This document shows, piece by piece, positions 35,654-48,064 of a stretch of 64,000 nt of DNA. The translations under genes were made by a program, and so were the position numbers. Positions within the stretch are counted from its first letter, which is position 1. The number at the start of each line of letters is the position of its first letter. The notes beneath the pieces are model-generated. The model made no database searches and had not been told where the DNA came from. It was given only the letters and a program-made list of their open reading frames with translations. Origin of the DNA: Entomortierella parvispora E1425 (taxonomy: Eukaryota; Fungi; Mortierellomycota); NCBI GenBank assembly GCA_020891255.1, contig BQFW01000002.1, positions 2,976,001-3,040,000 of the forward strand, in the 5' to 3' direction.

Positions 35654-37042
35654 AGAACACGTACCCTCTCCCTTTTTGACATCATCATGAGAGAGTAATG
35701 GGACCGGACTTCGGCGACCATCTCCAAGATAAAATAAAACAAAATAAAAACACCGAATACCCTTCATATCATTACATGAGCGAACCGTATACTATGAAAA
35801 TTGTGGACCAATGTTCCCTGCAATCGAACAACGCACTGAGCAGTCCTTTGTTCTAATACACAACTGTTGAAATTTCGAATGTAATTAATTTCCTGCACTT
35901 TACCAATGCACGCCGAGGACTTCCACAAAATAGAGGATAACGAATGATGACAGTTGTTGTGCATTGCGAGTGGTCAAAATCAGTGGAGTAATGCAGGGCG
36001 GGAAAAATAGGATCGGACATGCCCGTAATTCGGTATTACCCCGGTATCGCTTCACATATGAAGAGATAATTTGAAGAAGTTTACCTCAGTTCTTGATCAT
36101 AGACCATACAACTACGAAACATCTATGCGTTTCTGGTGTGATCTAGAACATCGTAAATGAGTTGATAATGCTGAAGACCGATTCTAGGGGTAACCCTAAT
36201 AGATGAACAATAAACGCCAGGCTGCATTCTGCTGAGTGAGACGAGGGGCAAGGTGCGTGGAGTAATAAAATAGAGTGGATGACCGACTGTGATGCAGGCG
36301 TCCATGATTAACCAATATAGGGTTCCAAATGCGAAGGAGATTGCCCAATGACAAAATATTCATTGTGTGAGTACGCTATTCTCTGACAGACAGGACCCAT
36401 GATGATGAAATCTTGACGGCCTCTCCAGTTCCCAATCGCCCAACGCCCATAAAAATAAAAAAAAATAATTAAAAAGTAATTCTGTACCGAGAGTCGTGCG
36501 AGATGTCGTGCGGAACAAAACATGCAAGTGAGGCGCGGGAAGGGTGTAGCAAGTGTACCGCCGGGTGACGTCTCATGGGCGTAAATCAGAAGGAGACTGC
36601 CGTCCTTGATGCTTGAGAAGGACTATGAAATCATCGGCAAATAAAACCCCCCCAAAAATCAGGGCGCCGTGTGTAACAATAATACTTCCTCGAAAATAGA
36701 TTGACATGCACCCTAACGACCAGATAGTCAACAGTGATCAATGCAAGGGTCTTCACATCGGCGCGAAATAGTCTGGTAGGAGCCTCGACCGAAGGAAAGG
36801 TGTGTTCTGAGAACCTCGCCCTGGCCCACAAAAAAAGGGAGTGCTCCAAACATATATTCCGGGAAGATACCTAACCATAGGTTGTAGAATAGCAAAAGCC
36901 CATTCACCTTTTGGATCAACGCCTAACAATCACTCTCCTACTTGTTTAGACATTCAACCTCCCATGAGTTCTCAGGGCGAACCTCAATTGAAATCTATGC
37001 CCTGACTTACTTTTTTTTTAAAGAAAAAAAAATGGCATTAGA

Positions 37043-37050
37043 TATAAAAG
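37043..37050 (+). promoter_or_regulatory. TATA box of the secreted repeat-protein gene
   Basis: TATAAAAG 103 nt upstream of ATG 37146. Confidence 0.65.
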
Positions 37051-37145
37051 GACTTGAAACAAGCACCATTTGTCTATCCGCCATCGCCTTCTTCTAGAGA
37101 AACTCTTCCACCTCCCAAAAAAATCCTCACCTGCCAATTTCTACA

Positions 37146-37685
37146 ATGAAGTTTACCCTTGCATTTGTTGCCTGTGCTTTTGTAGCCATCTCAACTACCG
37201 AGGCCAAGCCTATCGGTATCTCTCACGAATCCGACCTCGCCATCGATGCCCCAAGACCCATAGCTGTTAGTAGTGCCATCCAGAGTGGCATTCCGGAGCC
37301 CACGTACGTAGGAACTGCCGAGCCCAGTGTCCAACCCAGTGGCAGGCCAAGACCTACCTATGGAACTGCCGAGCCCAGTGTCCAACCCAGTGGCAAGCCC
37401 AGACCTACCTACGGAACTGCCGAGCCCAGTGTCCAACCCAGTGGCAAGCCCAGACCTACCTATGGAACTGCCGAGCCCAGTGTTCAACCCAGTGGCAAGC
37501 CCAGACCTACCTACGGAACTGCCGAGCCCAGTGTCCAGCCCAGTGGCAAGCCCAGACCTACCTATGGAACTGCTGAACCCAGTGTCCAACCCAGTGGCAA
37601 GCCCAGACCTACCTATGGAACTGCCGAACCGAGTGGCAGCCCCAGCCCCTCTGGCATTCCCCGACCTACGCGATCGCTCTATTAG
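37146..37685 (+). CDS. Small secreted protein made of 17-aa tandem repeats, function unknown
   Basis: Signal peptide MKFTLAFVACAFVAISTTEA; six full GTAEPSVQPSG(K/R)PRPTY repeats plus one partial; single exon. Confidence 0.85.
   Translation: MKFTLAFVACAFVAISTTEAKPIGISHESDLAIDAPRPIAVSSAIQSGIPEPTYVGTAEPSVQPSGRPRPTYGTAEPSVQPSGKPRPTYGTAEPSVQPSGKPRPTYGTAEPSVQPSGKPRPTYGTAEPSVQPSGKPRPTYGTAEPSVQPSGKPRPTYGTAEPSGSPSPSGIPRPTRSLY
37311..37632 (+). repeat. 51-bp coding tandem repeat, 6 full units plus a partial
   Basis: Unit ggaactgccgagcccagtgtccaacccagtggcaagcccagacctaccta(c/t), with mostly synonymous differences between copies. Confidence 0.93.
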
Positions 37686-38243
37686 GGTGGCTTCAATACT
37701 CTGACACATTTCTGAGGGGATGTTACTTGAGAAGCTCCCGTTCCGATTGAAGCTGTCTCCCCATATCCCCCGTTTTGGTCACTCTTATCTCATGGTTTTC
37801 CTCGTTGTTCAAGGGCACTTTGTTATATTCGTACGAGAAGTATTTTTTTTAAAAAAAAAATAGTTTTTGTACTTTAGCATCTCAAAATATCAATAAAAGT
37901 CAAAAGAGGTCGCCTTTGGATTACCAGCCAAACTGTTGTTTTACATCTTGTTTGCCTTCTTGGTAAGCTCGATCCCTGTCATGTCCTTTCAACTGAAGCG
38001 TGCGAGAAGACTGTAAAGGTAAATTTTCACAGTCGATAAAGATCAGCTTCAGAGCAAGAAGGCGAGGAACTTTCAGAGAATAATGTTTATTAGAGCTTTC
38101 TAAACACTTGTTCCAACACAGTCAAATCCACAAGCATTTCATCCCAATGGGAGAGCAGGCTGTGCACGAGTTCATCTCTTTCCTTAGTTCCCGCCAGAGA
38201 AAATGTACGTATAGCCCATCATGAGGCTCTATAACTTGACCTA

Positions 38244-39775
38244 TCAAGACGTCGCAGTCGCTGAAGTTGAGGCGGTCGGTGTTGCATTCGAAGAATTCTC
38301 AAGGAGAAACTGAACAGCTCCGTCAAGATTGTTTGCTGACGTGTTCAAGGCCGCCACTGCTTGATCTTGGGTCACCGCTGGGAAAATGGCCTGTAACGTT
38401 GCAATCTGCTCTTCTGTTGGAGGGCGTGGTGTTCCTCCTTGTGGTGCTCCTCCAGTTGAAAGAACATCCAGGTATTCCTTTAAAAGAAGCAACAAATAGT
38501 GTACTATAGGTTAGAGCCTGACGATGCTTTCGGCCTTGCATATCCTTGACAAAAAGTCTTACCCGCATTGCCTGTGCTGGCCTATCGGTTGCCCTTGTTT
38601 GGGTGCGGTACTCCAACGTGGTGGATGTCGACCGAATTGCGGGAGAAGAGGAGAAAATAGGGAGCAAGAAACGCGAAGCAAGTCGCATGATGGAGGGAGG
38701 AAATCTCCAGCGTCTTGTTCCTGCAAGATCAGCCCTGTAGATTGCGCCAGCAAGGAGTCCACTTGCAGCCGACGCTAATGAACCTGGAGGGTACGACATA
38801 AGAAGCTACACAAGCCATTGCCTGTTAGATACGCGACTCGAGTGTAATGCCATGGCAAATAAATTCTCTCCGATGCAGTTAATAGCATCCTTACCTGAGC
38901 AGCAAGGACGTACATGAACACTTTGTCTGTGAATGCGACGCCAAAGACTTTAAACTCGTAGGTGATTGGGATGAGGGTATAATATTGGTAGAGAGCTGCA
39001 AAGATGATTCCATATGGTCCTGCTGGCAAGATATTCAGCCCCACAGCAGCCCCGGTAACAAGGATGGCGATGTTGAGAAGGGTGCAGGTGATGGCAGACA
39101 CGAAGAGAAAAGCCTATGAATCGTCCGGTGTTAGTCAGTTAATGCACACAGCACGCAGCACACAGATGCACAGACAAAGTAGAGCAGCAAAAAGGGTGGC
39201 AGTGAGGTTGACCAAACAATACCACGTATTTGGACGGACCAAAGAGCCGTTCGATGACCCGCAAATGATAGATGATCAGTGCGCCAAAGAGCAGCTCGGT
39301 GGAGGTCGAGAAGGCGAAGTGCGACGAGATCAGCCGCCAGAACTATATTCGAGAGAAGACGAAGAGTGAGTTTTCAGCTGGAAGAGAGCAACAGAGATTG
39401 AACGTCATGCGAGTGCCTTCCTACCTGATGGTGGACGGTGAGGTGCGGCACGAGCTGAAGGTGGAAAAGGGTCTTTATTTGGTAGATGGACGCGAACAGC
39501 GACAGACCACCAACGATCAAAAGCAGGGCCTTTGTGGTCGGGGCATTGTAGAATCCTAGGGAGCAGGTAGGAGGAGCAGCAACAGAAAGATGGACTCGGT
39601 CAGTCAACAAGCACACAGGTAGGTAGACAGGCAACAGACAGGTGGAGCAGCAAAGGAAGAGGAGCAGCGGGGCGAGGGAGAGAGTCAAGCGGACTCAGGA
39701 TCGAGTCACATTCGACATGGGCAAAGGGGGAGAGGAAAGAAGGTTCGGGGTACCAGAAGGGCCTGCGGCAAGCAT
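38244..39775 (-). CDS. DSC2: DSC E3 ligase subunit Dsc2 / UBAC2 (rhomboid-like TM + C-terminal UBA)
   Basis: Spliced MLAAGPSG-FYNAPTTKALLLIVGGLSLFAS...FHLQLVPHLTVHHQ...GPYGIIFAALYQYYTLIPITYEFKVFGVAFTDKVFMYVLAAQ; UBA PPTEEQIATLQAIFPAVTQDQAVAALNTSANNLDGAVQFLL. Confidence 0.88.
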
Positions 39776-40056
39776 CGCACGGGTGAATGACGGATGACTA
39801 GGAGAAAAGGCGCAGAGATGAAGATGAGAAGAAGGAGAAGAAGGGGAGGACGGAGAAGAAGCCAGAAGATGCTGCTCCGCCCATGGGCTTGGATGGTGGC
39901 GACAGGTGCCGCCCCCTCGTATAAGAAGGCCTGTTTGCCCGCCATCATCACTCTCATCCAGCGCACGTGACTGCCGCAAGTCATAAACTTTTTATTTATC
40001 TCCCTTGATCGGTTCCTTCCATCTCCCCTTTCCCCCCATTCATTCACTTTCCCACC

Positions 40057-42251
40057 ATGGCCGACGCAGAGCAGATCGAACAAGTCACCAAGCAGGTCCA
40101 GGACGTTGTCCTCGAGTAAGAATCCCCTCCACCGTCAAGCGGCTGCTGGACCTCCTCGCCGTTATTGCAGTTTTATTGGACCTTTTACACTTGGTCCTGA
40201 TTCACTGATTCCATTCCCCTTTCTAGTGAGCATGGCAAGCCCCTTTCCAAGAGTGCCCTCAAGAAGCTCGAGAAGGAGAAGCTCAAGAAGGAGAGAGCCG
40301 AGAAGGATGCTCTTGCCCGCAAGGCTCAGGAGGAGGCAAAGGCCGCCAACACCCCTGTAACGTCTGATTTTTAACCTTTTTAAGCAAGGAGCCATACCAA
40401 CTTGTGGCGCATGCTCACCCACGAGTTTATATTCCATAATGTCTCTAGGATTGCTCCAAGGGTCTCTACGGAAAGAAACCCATGAACCGCTCTGAGGATC
40501 GTCCTGGTAAGCTACAGCGGAAAAAGGCGCGCTTTTCCTTGCAGGAATGTATGCTAGTCAAGTTCTCTGCTAGTCAAGTTCTAAAGTGCCCATTGATCCA
40601 CAATAATAGGTTTGAAGCACGAGAAGCTCCCCGATATCACTGCTAGCCGTGCTGGCGATAAGGTCTGGATCCGCGCCCGTGTCCAGACTTGCCGTCCCAC
40701 TGGTAAGGCAGTCGAACTTGGATGCATGATCAGGATGCATTATGTATTGTACTCGTTTTGACCTTTGCACCCTTCTTTCATCTCAATAGGTGGAAACATG
40801 TGCTTCTTTGTTCTCCGTCAGAACAGCAGCACTATCCAGGGACTCGTTGTCTGCGACAAGGAGACCATCAGCAAGCAAATGGTCAAGTTTGCCCAGGGAA
40901 TCTCCACAGAGTCTATCGTTTTGTTGGAGGGAACCGTTGCTGTGCCCAAGGAGCCCGTCACTGGATGCACTGTTCAGGATGCTGAGATTGCCATCAGCCA
41001 GTTGTTCGTTACCGGCGAGGCTCAGGGCCGTCTTCCCTTCAACTTGGCCGATGCTTCTCGCCCCGAGACCGACTTCGAGAAGGAGGACGCACAGTTCAGC
41101 AAGGTCAGCTTGCACACTCGTCTGGAGAACCGTGTCTTCGATCTCCGCGTAAGTCTTTTATTTTGGGATGCATTGTTGCTTTCTTAAACAATCGATATCT
41201 AACTGGTCCATCCACTTTCGTCGCCACAGACCATCACCAACCAGTCCATCTTCCGCATTCAGGCTGGTGTCTGCAAACTCTTCCGTGAGTTCTTGGAGAA
41301 GAAGGGCTTCATGGAGATTCACACTCCCAAGATTATTGGCGCTGCCACTGAGGGAGGTGCCAACGTCTTCAAAGTCAAGTACTTCGATAGTAAGTTAAAA
41401 CTTGCGTTGTTATCGTGATCTATCAAGACCGTTGTAAGCGCCGATCACTAATGTTCAATTGATTCGTAGCTGATGCCTTCTTGGCCCAGTCTCCTCAGTT
41501 CTACAAGCAGATGGTTGTCTGCGGTGACTTTGAGCGTGTCTTCGAGATCGGCAGTGTTTTCCGTGCCGAGAACTCCTTCACTCATCGCCACATGACCGAG
41601 TTCATTGGACTGGATTTGGAGATGGCTTTCGAGGAGCATTACCATGAGATTTTGGATGTCTTTGATGAGCTGTTTGTGCACATCTTCACTGGATTGGAGA
41701 CTGAGTATGCTGCCGATCTCGAAGTCGTCCACCGTCAGTATCCTTTCGAAAAGTTCCAGTTCTTGCCAAAGACTCTTCGCTTGGAGTACAAGGATGCTGT
41801 TGCTTTGTTGCGCGAGAACGGAGTTGAGATGGGTGACTACGATGACTTGTCGACCGAGATTGAGAAGAAGCTCGGACAGTTGGTCAAGGCCAAGTACCAC
41901 ACTGACTTCTTCATGTTGGACAAGTTCCCTCTGGAGGTTCGTCCCTTCTACACCATGCCCGACCCTAAGAACCCCAAGTACTCCAACTCGTATGATTTCT
42001 TCATGCGCGGTGAGGAGATCTTATCTGGAGCTCAGCGTATCCACGACCCCGACTTTTTGATTGAGCGCGCCAAGGCTCATGATGTTGATCCCGAGTCGAT
42101 CAAGAACTACGTCGATGCCTTCCGCATGGGTGCCCCACCACACGGAGGTGGAGGAATCGGTTTGGAGCGTGTCATCTTCTTTTACTTGAACCTGGGTAAC
42201 ATTCGTCGCGTGTCGCTCTTCCCTCGCGACCCCAACCGCCTCACGCCTTAG
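40057..42251 (+). CDS. DPS1: Cytosolic aspartate--tRNA ligase
   Basis: Multi-exon. N-terminal LSKSALKK helix, OB-fold CFFVLRQ, class II motifs [53 protein letters not shown]. Confidence 0.97.
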
Positions 42252-44009
42252 ATGGATAAGAGCATATCTTTGGGAGTCATATCCTGCGCACAACTACATC
42301 TACAACATCAGTAAAGATTTTTTTCAATGTAATTTTGACGATTATTTTTGTCACTGAAGAGCACAAGAAAGGAGACTCGACCGTTGGATTGAACGTCAAA
42401 TAGGAGAACAGAACCACGAAAAAGTCAATGGAAGAGGGAGAGAGCATGAGATCGGCTCCGCTCACACGATCTTGGCCCTCTTTGGAGGATGCAGAGATCG
42501 CTAGATGTGTCGCCGATCAACCAGGATGAGACGTGCGGAAGTGGAACGTCCGAGCTGTTGCCCTTTTTTGCTGACTTTGCCGACTCCTTGCATGCTGCCT
42601 TGGAGCGCTTTGCTACTTCCAAGCTCTGCATCGCTTTCAAATTCTTTGCGTTTCTTGGATTACTACAAAGTGATTGCTAGGTGCATTGCATTCCTTTTTC
42701 GATATCAATGTCTTTCCTATCAAACGAATTGTCGTCCATAACTCTAGCCCTGGTAGGTAGAGTCTTCTTTTTGAAACTGTCGAGCCGTGAGCTTGACCAA
42801 GACGTTGGAACACGCACATGCCGAGAATGTGCTTCTTTCTACGAGGCAAAGTCAGCCATGCATTCAAACTGCGGAGGCGACCAGGCGACCAAAACCCAAA
42901 ACGGATGTAGGCTCAATAATGGGTGGAAAAAAACAACAAAAAGAACCGTTTCGGGTTTTTTTTCGACTCCCTCCTTCTAACTCTCCTTGATTTCCATAAA
43001 AAAAAAAAAAAAAAAAAAAAAGAAAGAAAGATGAGAGTAAGGACCGTGTCAATGTATGGCATGTTTGTCGTTGGGCCTCGAATGAGAGCTTGATAACGTG
43101 CTGAAGAGTACCATGGAGCTCTGTTTTGTAGTTTTGTATACTCCTGGTGGTACAAAACAGAAGAAACACACGGACCAGGTATGCAGGTCAAAGCTGAAAG
43201 GCAGGCAGGGTTGAACGTTTTGACCAAGCCAACCTAATTGCGCCTCGCTTCTTTGTTTGTGGGGGACTTTCTTTCGGTGAACATGAATGTAGAACTGGCG
43301 CAGGGAGAGAGAGGGACGCAGCTCAGGGGCTGGATAGAGAAGGGGGCCATTAATTTCATCAAGAAAAAAAGAAAAAAAAATAAAGAGCAAGAACGGGGAG
43401 AGAGAGAGAAAGAGAGACAGAAAGTGAGGGAGTGAGGGAGGGAAGGAGAAGAGACGATCGCCTCGATGTAAACGTTGGGCCATGCTTCTGCTGACACTAT
43501 TAATATGGGGCGGCCACAAAACTGGATTCCAAAAAAAAAAAAACTGCGAGAAAAAAGGAAACAAGTGCATGCCCGATCCTCTTGACGGTCAATCTTCCTT
43601 TCAACCTTCCCTTTTTCTTTTACACTCCAACTCTCTCTTACTCACTCATTCACTCGCACAGATTCTTCTGCCCCCCCACACTCTCTCGTTTCTCTTTTTT
43701 TCGGTTCCCTTTATTTACCTCGCTGCATATCCTCATTCTTCTCTTGCCCCTTCGCTACAAAAAGTTTTCAGCAAAAAGAAAAAAAAGGCAATGTCATACC
43801 CACACTCACACCATGGCGCTGGCCAAGTGCCGTCGCGACTCGCCCTTCTTTTCATGCTCGCCATCTCAACACCCATCTCAGTCTTGCAAGATACTTTCCT
43901 CTTCGGGACTGGAACACTTGCTCGCGATGGTGGTGGTGGCTCCTCTCCCTACAATTCAATAGTTAGAAACACCAGCCCCCAAGGGCACCCCCCCGCCATT
44001 TCAACCTTC

Positions 44010-44927
44010 ATGATTTCAGCAGCCTGCTCAAAAACCACTGCAAAATGGATTTACTCTTCCAGCTGGATCCTCCTTTCTTCGCTTCCCGGTCTCTTGGTTG
44101 TCGACAGCGCGCCGGTAACGATACCCGGCAGTGGGGTAACTGTTACACCCGATCCACTGAATGGCGTCCTCGGCAACAATGGCAGTAGTGGCAAGAGGTC
44201 AACTCAAGCAGGTCCAAGCCCAAGTCCCTCCAATTCTCTGACATCAGCATCCCCATCCCCATCTCCATCATCAACACCACTACCACAACCTCCTTCAGTT
44301 TCTTCCACTCCTTCCACACCACCATCCTCGGGCACGAACCCCTCTAATATTCCTCCTCCTGCTGCTCAGGGTCCCGCCAGTCCTAGTCCAAACCTTACCA
44401 ACGGCAATGGTGGTGGATCCGAAAGTGGCTCTGACGACAATTGCTCCAGCGCTGGAGCCGTTCTAGTCTCTTGCAGCTTTGGACCCAGTACTTCCCCTTC
44501 TGGCTCATCATCGCCACCTCTCGGTGGAGGTTGGCCACCGATGCCCAGCTCCCCCATGACCTCCTCCAACTCGGTCAATAGTAATGACAATAATAGTAAT
44601 AGCAACGGTAATAACGGCCCACAAGGCGGCGCCAATTCAGGCACCCAAACCTCGGTAGCATCCATCAAAGCCGCCATCATCTCGATCGCCAGTGTGGCTG
44701 CCTTCGGTCTCGTGGCCTTGACCATCTTGGTCGTCCGACGAAGAAAGCAGCTCAAGCAGCAACGAGAGGAAGAACAGGCCTCGTTCAACGCCTATGGTGC
44801 CTATCACAGCGGCAAGACGAGAAGGCTGAAAAAGACTGACCAACATGTTGGTCTGAGCTCTTTCTGTTCCACCGATACAAGGTCCTCTGTGCCATTGAAA
44901 CCCTTGGAGCAATTCTGGAACCCATAA
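44010..44927 (+). CDS. Type I membrane protein with S/P/G/N-rich (mucin-like) ectodomain
   Basis: Probable signal (...SSSWILLSSLPGLLVVDSA-P), low-complexity stalk, one TM segment AAIISIASVAAFGLVALTILVV followed by RRRK and a short tail. The start could instead be ATG 43791. Confidence 0.7.
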   Translation: MISAACSKTTAKWIYSSSWILLSSLPGLLVVDSAPVTIPGSGVTVTPDPLNGVLGNNGSSGKRSTQAGPSPSPSNSLTSASPSPSPSSTPLPQPPSVSSTPSTPPSSGTNPSNIPPPAAQGPASPSPNLTNGNGGGSESGSDDNCSSAGAVLVSCSFGPSTSPSGSSSPPLGGGWPPMPSSPMTSSNSVNSNDNNSNSNGNNGPQGGANSGTQTSVASIKAAIISIASVAAFGLVALTILVVRRRKQLKQQREEEQASFNAYGAYHSGKTRRLKKTDQHVGLSSFCSTDTRSSVPLKPLEQFWNP

Positions 44928-45068
44928 ATGATTAATTAAAAGACACTGATTCTTGATGCAATTTTTGTTGTATTTGGGATGCAAAGAGTGTGGGTTCTCT
45001 TCTGGGAAGAGAGTGGTGGGGAGGATATATATGAGAAATGAGAAATGACCAAGAAATCACCTTCTCAA

Positions 45069-47818
45069 TTATGAAGACTTTTCCTTCTTTTCCTTCTTTT
45101 CTTTCTTGTCCTTCTTTTCCTTCTTGCTCTTGGACTTGGTTTCGCTATCCTCCTCCTCATCATTTCCCTTCTTCTTTTTCCGTGATGAAGATTCTTGCTC
45201 CTCCTCCTCCAGCTCCTCGCTCTCAGCCTTGCGCTTCTTCTTGTCCTTCTTTGACTTTTTGCTACTCGTCGTCTCCTCAACCTCGCCTGCGGCCGCCCTG
45301 GCCTTCAAGGCCGCCTTCTCCTCCCGCTCACGCTTCTCGTTCTCGCGTTGACGTCTCTTGATAGGGTCCCAGTCCTTGTCCAGTTCCTGATCCTTGACTT
45401 GAGACTTGAGCTTGTGACGGAACATCTGTACACGGTTCTTCTTTGAGTACTTCTTGATGTCGTTTTCCTGCTCATCCGGTCGTCTGTAGGGAGCAAACTT
45501 CTTGAGCGACACAAACTCGTTCAAGTCCTTGTCGTCGGCCAACAAAATCTCCACGGGTGTCAAACCGAAAGCAGAGGGCTTGACCTTGTGGTACTTGAAA
45601 CGCGTAGGCAAATCGCCGACCTAGAGATTTAGAAAAGAAAGAAATGGAATGAGTAAAACTGTCTGATAAACAACTATACACAGAATCAAAAGAGAGACGA
45701 GCAGGACGTACCATATCTTCGTAATCCAATTGGTAGTAATCGTCCAGGTAGGTGTTAAAGTCCTTCTTCTTGTCAGCATCAAGCGTCGTCCGTGCAGCCT
45801 GCAGGGCCGCAGCGGCAGTCTTGATTCCGTCTGCGCGTGCCTTCTTGGCAAGCTTCTTTTCCTCCTTCTCACGCTGTGCACGCTCCTTCTTGGTCTCCTT
45901 CTTATTGGGTGGTGGCTTTCCATAGTTCTCGCCTCCTGGCAGGTAGTCGGCGTCCATAAGGATATCTTCCTCCTCACCGCCCTCACCATAGCCGTACTCG
46001 TCATAGTAGCCTTCTTGGTCATACCCTTCATAGCCCTCCTCGTCTTCTGGAATAGGGGCATAGACCTCCTCTTCTTCAGCGACCTCCTCTTCTTCCTCCT
46101 GATCCTCGGCCTCGTCATTGTCCTCAGCTCCTGAAGCAGCGTCGTCGCTCAAGTCCTCAATGTCGCCCAGATCAATATCGTCATCAAAGACAGGCTTCTC
46201 GTTCTCGTCGCCCTCATAGTACTTGTCACTGAACATGGACTCCATCTTCTGGTCATAGTCCTCAGGGTTGAACTCGGTCTCGAGATCAATCTCATCGAAA
46301 CCAACCGTCTTGTTGCCGGTAATCTCCTGAATCTGCTTGAGCTTGTCGAAAATCTCTTGCTTCTTGAGATTCTTGGCGCGCTTCAGCTCTTCCAATTTCC
46401 GGACCTTCTCCTCTGCCTTGCGCTCCTTGGCAGCCTGACGTTGACGCTTTCGCTTATCGTCCTTGTTACGGACAGAGTCGTCGATCGTACGAGAGTATCC
46501 TGTCAGCTTGTTGCCCTCACTTAATAAAGACAAAAATAAAAGATAAAAAAAAAAAGCAAAAATTAGAAAATGCATAGAAAATTAATGAGATTCGACATGG
46601 GCTTGAAGGATGAAAATAAAAGACTGAAACTTACGCCTCCTCGAATCGGAAGTTGTACTTGGACTCGAATTCCTCTGCGGCATCGAGCTCGTCCTCTGAC
46701 TTTTCAAGTTCGTCCAAATCGTCCTCACGGACAATCTCCTGGTATGCGGCCGACTTTTTCTGAGACTTGTCAATCCATCCTCGGTTCAAGATATAACTAG
46801 TATCAAGGAAAACCAAAAAAAAGAGGGATGATGGATCAGCAAACAAGAACAAGCAAAAAAGTCATAGACGGCCATGACCATATCATGAAAAACTTACTCC
46901 ATGAGGAAAGCCTCGTCCTTGTCCATGGTAGGAGCGTTCTTGTACTCTCTCCAGTCCTGGAAGGCGGTGGCGCCACCGCTCTTGGAACCCATGCTCTCCA
47001 TCAAGAACCGCTTATAGTCTTCCTCCTCAGCCTCCTCATCTTCCTTGGTCTTTGCCTTTTGAGTAAAGAAGGAGTCGTCGCCGTCCTGCTCATCATCATC
47101 ATCACCGCCCATGAAGGCGTCCTTCATCTCCCGCTTCAAGTACTCCTGCTGCTCCACATGCGTCATCTCGGAGATATCCTTCTTCAACTGTCTGTCCTCA
47201 GCCTCCTCATTCACCATGCCTCCGTCCTCCAAAAGGACCTTGCGGTGGTAATCCTTCAAGTTCATGGGCTTGTTCTTCTTTTCCTCGGCCTGCTTCTCCT
47301 TCCACTGTTTCCTGGCCTTTTCCATCTCGGAGGGGATAAAGAAATGCGAGGTGGCCTCGTAAATCTTTGGGTCCTGAGCTCGAATCAAACCAATGGTCTT
47401 CATGATCTGTCCATCCACGGCAGGAGTGACCAACTCTCCAATCTCGTCCTCTTCCTCATCTTCCTCAGAATCGTACGAGTCGTAGTCGTAATCGGCGTTT
47501 TTGGTATAACCGTACTTGTGTTGACGCTCTGCAATCATCGCCAGGCGGCCTTCATCCATATCTCCATACTTGTCGCGAACTGAAAGACGAAAAAGAAAAA
47601 GAAAACAAAAGAATCATTAGTACTTGGAGAGAGGATGGTCTTTTGAATAGAAGTGAAATACAAGACTCTACTCCATCTTCAGTGCTCGCAGATTCTAAAT
47701 TTCAAGAGGGAAAGAAAGGGGACCACATACTTGCAGACAACTCTTGGTTGCGCTTGTTGGACTCATACTTGTCGGCAAACTCCTTGTTAATCTTGAAGGT
47801 AATCTCTTCCTCCTCCAT
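45069..47818 (-). CDS. KRI1: Kri1, 40S ribosome biogenesis factor
   Basis: Start MEEEEITFKINKEFADKYE; IGLIRAQDPKIYEATSHFF, DAAEEFESKYNFRFEE, TGYSRTIDDSVRNKDDKRK, KLEELKRAKNLKKQEI; C-domain TRFKYHKVKPSAFGLTPVEILLADDKDLNEFVSLKKFAPYR. Confidence 0.95.
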
Positions 47819-47907
47819 GGTGGATTGAGTTGGGTGGGTGAAGTAGGGGGGCGGGGGGTGTGGGGGGTGAATGAGTATGAAAAGGGTCGGTAAAGAAATG
47901 AACTACA

Positions 47908-47915
47908 GCGATGAG
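47908..47915. promoter_or_regulatory. PAC-like element GCGATGAG upstream of KRI1
   Basis: Exact match to the ascomycete PAC core, 90 nt upstream of the ATG of a ribosome-biogenesis gene. Confidence 0.4.
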
Positions 47916-48064
47916 TTCGGCGTTTTGTCGAAGCTGATGGAATGCAAATGACGCTTTTGCTTTGCATGCGTTTGAGGAGGCAACAAAAAAAAAAAAAGAA
48001 AAAAGCAAAAACGTAAATAAATCTCACGTGATAATGTGACCGTTCTTTTTTTAATATATTTTTT

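Noticed and set aside
37311-37632. CRISPR array or Kex2-processed (KEP/dikaritin) RiPP precursor
   Set aside because: The repeats are contiguous, in-frame coding units without unique spacers. There are no KR/RR cleavage sites and no neighbouring tailoring enzymes.
42425-42980. Short ORFs downstream of DPS1
   Set aside because: All frames are short with no recognisable motif, and I could not build a consistent splice model.
43482-43790. N-terminal 100 aa of the 481-aa ORF
   Set aside because: It translates poly-A and CT-rich promoter/UTR sequence; the true start is more likely 43791 or 44010.
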